DNA of 42,303 nucleotides from a virus (Duplodnaviria; Heunggongvirae; Uroviricota; Caudoviricetes): IMG/VR virus record IMGVR_UViG_2851976983_000005; one strand, 5' to 3'. Shown piece by piece: positions 40,393 to 42,303 of this stretch (position 1 is its first letter; each line of letters starts with the position of its first letter). The notes under the pieces were generated by a model. It saw only the letters and a program-made list of their open reading frames with translations, ran no database searches and was not told where the DNA came from. The position numbers and the translations under genes were made by a program.

Positions 40393-40611
40393 ATGATGAA
40401 TTGTCCAAAGTGTGGTCATGCGGCACACACAAGGAGCAGTTTTCAAGTAACTGAAAGCACCAAAGAGCGTTACTGCCAGTGCCAAAATATTAACTGCGGG
40501 AGCACTTTTGTTACCCATGAAACAGTGGTCCGGTTTATTGTGACACCCGCACTGATTGCTACTGCTCCTCCACATCCATTGCCAGGTGGTCAGGGGCATA
40601 TGAATTTTTGA
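40393..40611 (+). CDS. ogr: Late transcription activator Ogr (zinc finger)
   Basis: 72 aa from MMNCPKCGHAAH. CPKC...CQCQNINC zinc finger and C-terminal PHPLPGGQ closely match P2 Ogr as I recall it. ORF track start 40348 trimmed. Confidence 0.85.
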   Translation: MMNCPKCGHAAHTRSSFQVTESTKERYCQCQNINCGSTFVTHETVVRFIVTPALIATAPPHPLPGGQGHMNF

Positions 40612-40618
40612 GAAAGAG

Positions 40619-40640
40619 AACCTGCTACGGCAGGTTTTTA
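40619..40640. terminator. Rho-independent terminator, likely bidirectional
   Basis: aaCCTGCtacgGCAGGttttta, between the convergent ogr and the 160-aa gene. Confidence 0.5.
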
Positions 40641-41120
40641 TTCATCTGGGATCTCACCCGTTTCAAGAAAATGTATAAAGCCAGGCTCATCTATGATGAT
40701 TGTGCCTTTCATCCTGGCTGCCGATACTTTTGATGGGCCTGCATTGTAACCGCAACAGAGCATCTGAAGGCTTTGGGTTACAGAGGTTCTTACCGTTAAT
40801 CCTTGTTCATTCGCCTTATCAACCAATCTTTCTTTATCTGCTTTTTTAAATCCGGTGAAACACACATCGAATGTATTTTTTTTCGGACCAGACTGCTTAG
40901 TGAGATGTGAGTATTTTTCGGGGAGGAATGACGCGCATTCCTGAATGGCTTGTTCTGGTGAATCGTACTGTTTAAGAATGCGGTCTTTTCGGAAGGTTTT
41001 TATTCGATCGGTGTTCTTACAAATGCCCTGTATATGATTTTCGCTATAACTGATGCTCTGTATTGAGTGAACTCCGATACGACCATTTGCATTGATGTAA
41101 ACAAAGTGAAGTTCTTCCAT
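40638..41120 (-). CDS. Small WYL-like plus BRCT-like domain protein, function unknown (prophage cargo next to attR)
   Basis: 160 aa. N-terminal segment ends in TFRKDRI (WYL-type R-x-F-R-x-D-R-I). C-terminal TFDVCFTGFKKADKERLVDKANEQGLTVRTSVTQSLQMLCCGYNAGPSKVSAARMKGTIIIDEPGF resembles ligase-type BRCT. AT-rich. Confidence 0.4.
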   Translation of the reverse strand: MEELHFVYINANGRIGVHSIQSISYSENHIQGICKNTDRIKTFRKDRILKQYDSPEQAIQECASFLPEKYSHLTKQSGPKKNTFDVCFTGFKKADKERLVDKANEQGLTVRTSVTQSLQMLCCGYNAGPSKVSAARMKGTIIIDEPGFIHFLETGEIPDE

Positions 41121-41243
41121 GTGAAACCTCTTTGCATGATTTCAAGAGGGCGACAGGCAAGATAGACGCAAAAGTCTGTCGCCATTTTGCCGCCACTACC
41201 AAAGAAAAAGGGGCTACGCTTTCACGTAACCCCTTGTTTTATT

Positions 41244-41288
41244 TGGTGGAGCTGGCGGGAGTTGAACCCGCGTCCGAAATTCCTACAT
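41244..41288. repeat. att core: 45-bp ssrA 3' end duplicated at 5391..5435
   Basis: Exact 45-bp identity with 5391..5435. Confidence 0.8.
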
Positions 41289-41606
41289 CCTCGGTACTAC
41301 ATGCTTAGTCAGTCTTTACATTCGCTTGCCAGCTGCGGACGGACACGCCACTAACAAACTAGCCTGATTAAGTTTTAACGCTTCAACCCCAGGCAGGGCT
41401 TCCACGCGATCTCTTTTGGGTTTGACCTCTCTTGATCCCCGTCCTAAGAGCGGAGGCTAGGGAGAGAGGGCTCTAAGCAGGTTATTAAGCTGCTAAAGCG
41501 TAGTTTTCGTCGTTTGCGACTATTTTTTGCGGCTTTTTACGAGGCCAACCGCCCCTCGGCATGCACCTTGGGTTTCGCAAATCCCGTCGAATCCAGAATC
41601 AGCCCC
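41244..41606 (-). ncRNA. ssrA: tmRNA (SsrA), intact, 363 nt
   Basis: Reverse complement reads GGGGCTGATTCTGGATTCGACGGG ... CCGCCAGCTCCACCA, including the tag-coding region; matches my memory of E. coli tmRNA along its length. Confidence 0.95.
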
Positions 41607-41820
41607 AATGTGTAAAGGTAAGTATACCAGATTTATGAGCGCCATGACCAGCCTCAATGGCGTTATCGTTAAAGATTTAGCACCCATGTAGCCTGATTTT
41701 TATTCGATTAAGCAATGGGATGGCAACATTTGTGTCGGATGTGATAGCCAATAAGATGTTCATTCGCGCCGCCGGAGAGGGAGGCGCGGTGAGGAACTGG
41801 TCAATAATTGGAGTGCAGGT

Positions 41821-42303
41821 TTAACGGTGGGCGTTTTTCATGATACGTGCTTTATCCACCTGCCATTCGCGTTCTTTGATATCTGAACGTTTATCGTGCT
41901 GTTTTTTACCTTTGGCGACGCCGATTTTCACTTTGCACCAGGCATTTTTCCAGTACAGGGAGAGCGCCACTACGGTATAGCCTTCTCGATTGACGCGACC
42001 GTACAATGAGTCCAGTTCGCGCTGGTTGAGAAGTAACTTGCGGGTACGGGTAGGATCGCACACCACATGCGTGGAGGCCACGGCCATTGGCGTGATGTTA
42101 GCGCCAAACAGAAATGCCTCTCCGTCACGCAGAAGGACGTAGCTGTCGCTGATATTGGCTTTTCCTGCGCGCAGGGATTTAACCTCCCAGCCTTGCAGGG
42201 CAAGTCCCGCTTCGAACTCTTCTTCGATAAAGTATTCGTGACGGGCGCGCTTGTTAAGCGCGATGGTCGCTGAACCAGGTTTATGTGCTTTTTTCTTCGT
42301 CAT
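41821..42303 (-). CDS. smpB: SsrA-binding protein SmpB
   Basis: 160 aa [30 protein letters not shown]..., matches E. coli SmpB as I recall it; directly upstream of ssrA on the same strand. Confidence 0.95.

Noticed and set aside
41607..41820. ssrA promoter and an smpB terminator hairpin (cgcgcc ... ggcgcg near 41765..41790)
   Set aside because: Plausible, but I could not place -35/-10 hexamers confidently and the hairpin has a 12-nt loop without a clear T-run, so not annotated.

Overview
This window looks like an Escherichia/Shigella-type smpB-ssrA locus carrying two tandem integrated elements; all calls are from reading the sequence and ORF track, with no database searches run. (1) 1..5435 is the integrase-proximal end of an island with a P4-type integrase (3996..5225) next to a 45-bp copy of the ssrA 3' end (5391..5435). 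Its AT-rich cargo is a histidine-kinase-like ATPase protein plus a receiver-domain protein with a large unknown C-terminal domain (1..3469). (2) 5436..41243 is a complete-looking P2/186-family prophage inserted into the 3' end of the intact tmRNA gene ssrA (41244..41606). It carries int, a CI/Apl/CII switch, dam, a replication gene A interrupted by an IS21-family element (IS100-like, 13499..15452, 6-bp target duplication), a LexA-box-controlled tum/dinI-like module, a cos-like sequence, the full P2-type head, lysis and tail gene set, a Gin/Pin-type invertible tail-fibre segment, and ogr. The main candidates for undescribed biology are AT-rich cargo genes at the prophage and island edges: a standalone TIR-domain protein between cos and the portal gene (16539..17972), the kinase-like/receiver pair (1..3469), a diverged terminase-ATPase paralog translationally coupled between the terminase and portal genes (19044..19769), a small WYL-like/BRCT-like protein next to attR (40638..41120), and a membrane protein overlapping the prophage int (5521..6567). 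The prophage appears partly decayed: repA is IS-disrupted, the tail-fibre gene has an in-frame TAA, and the second tail-fibre assembly gene is fragmented.
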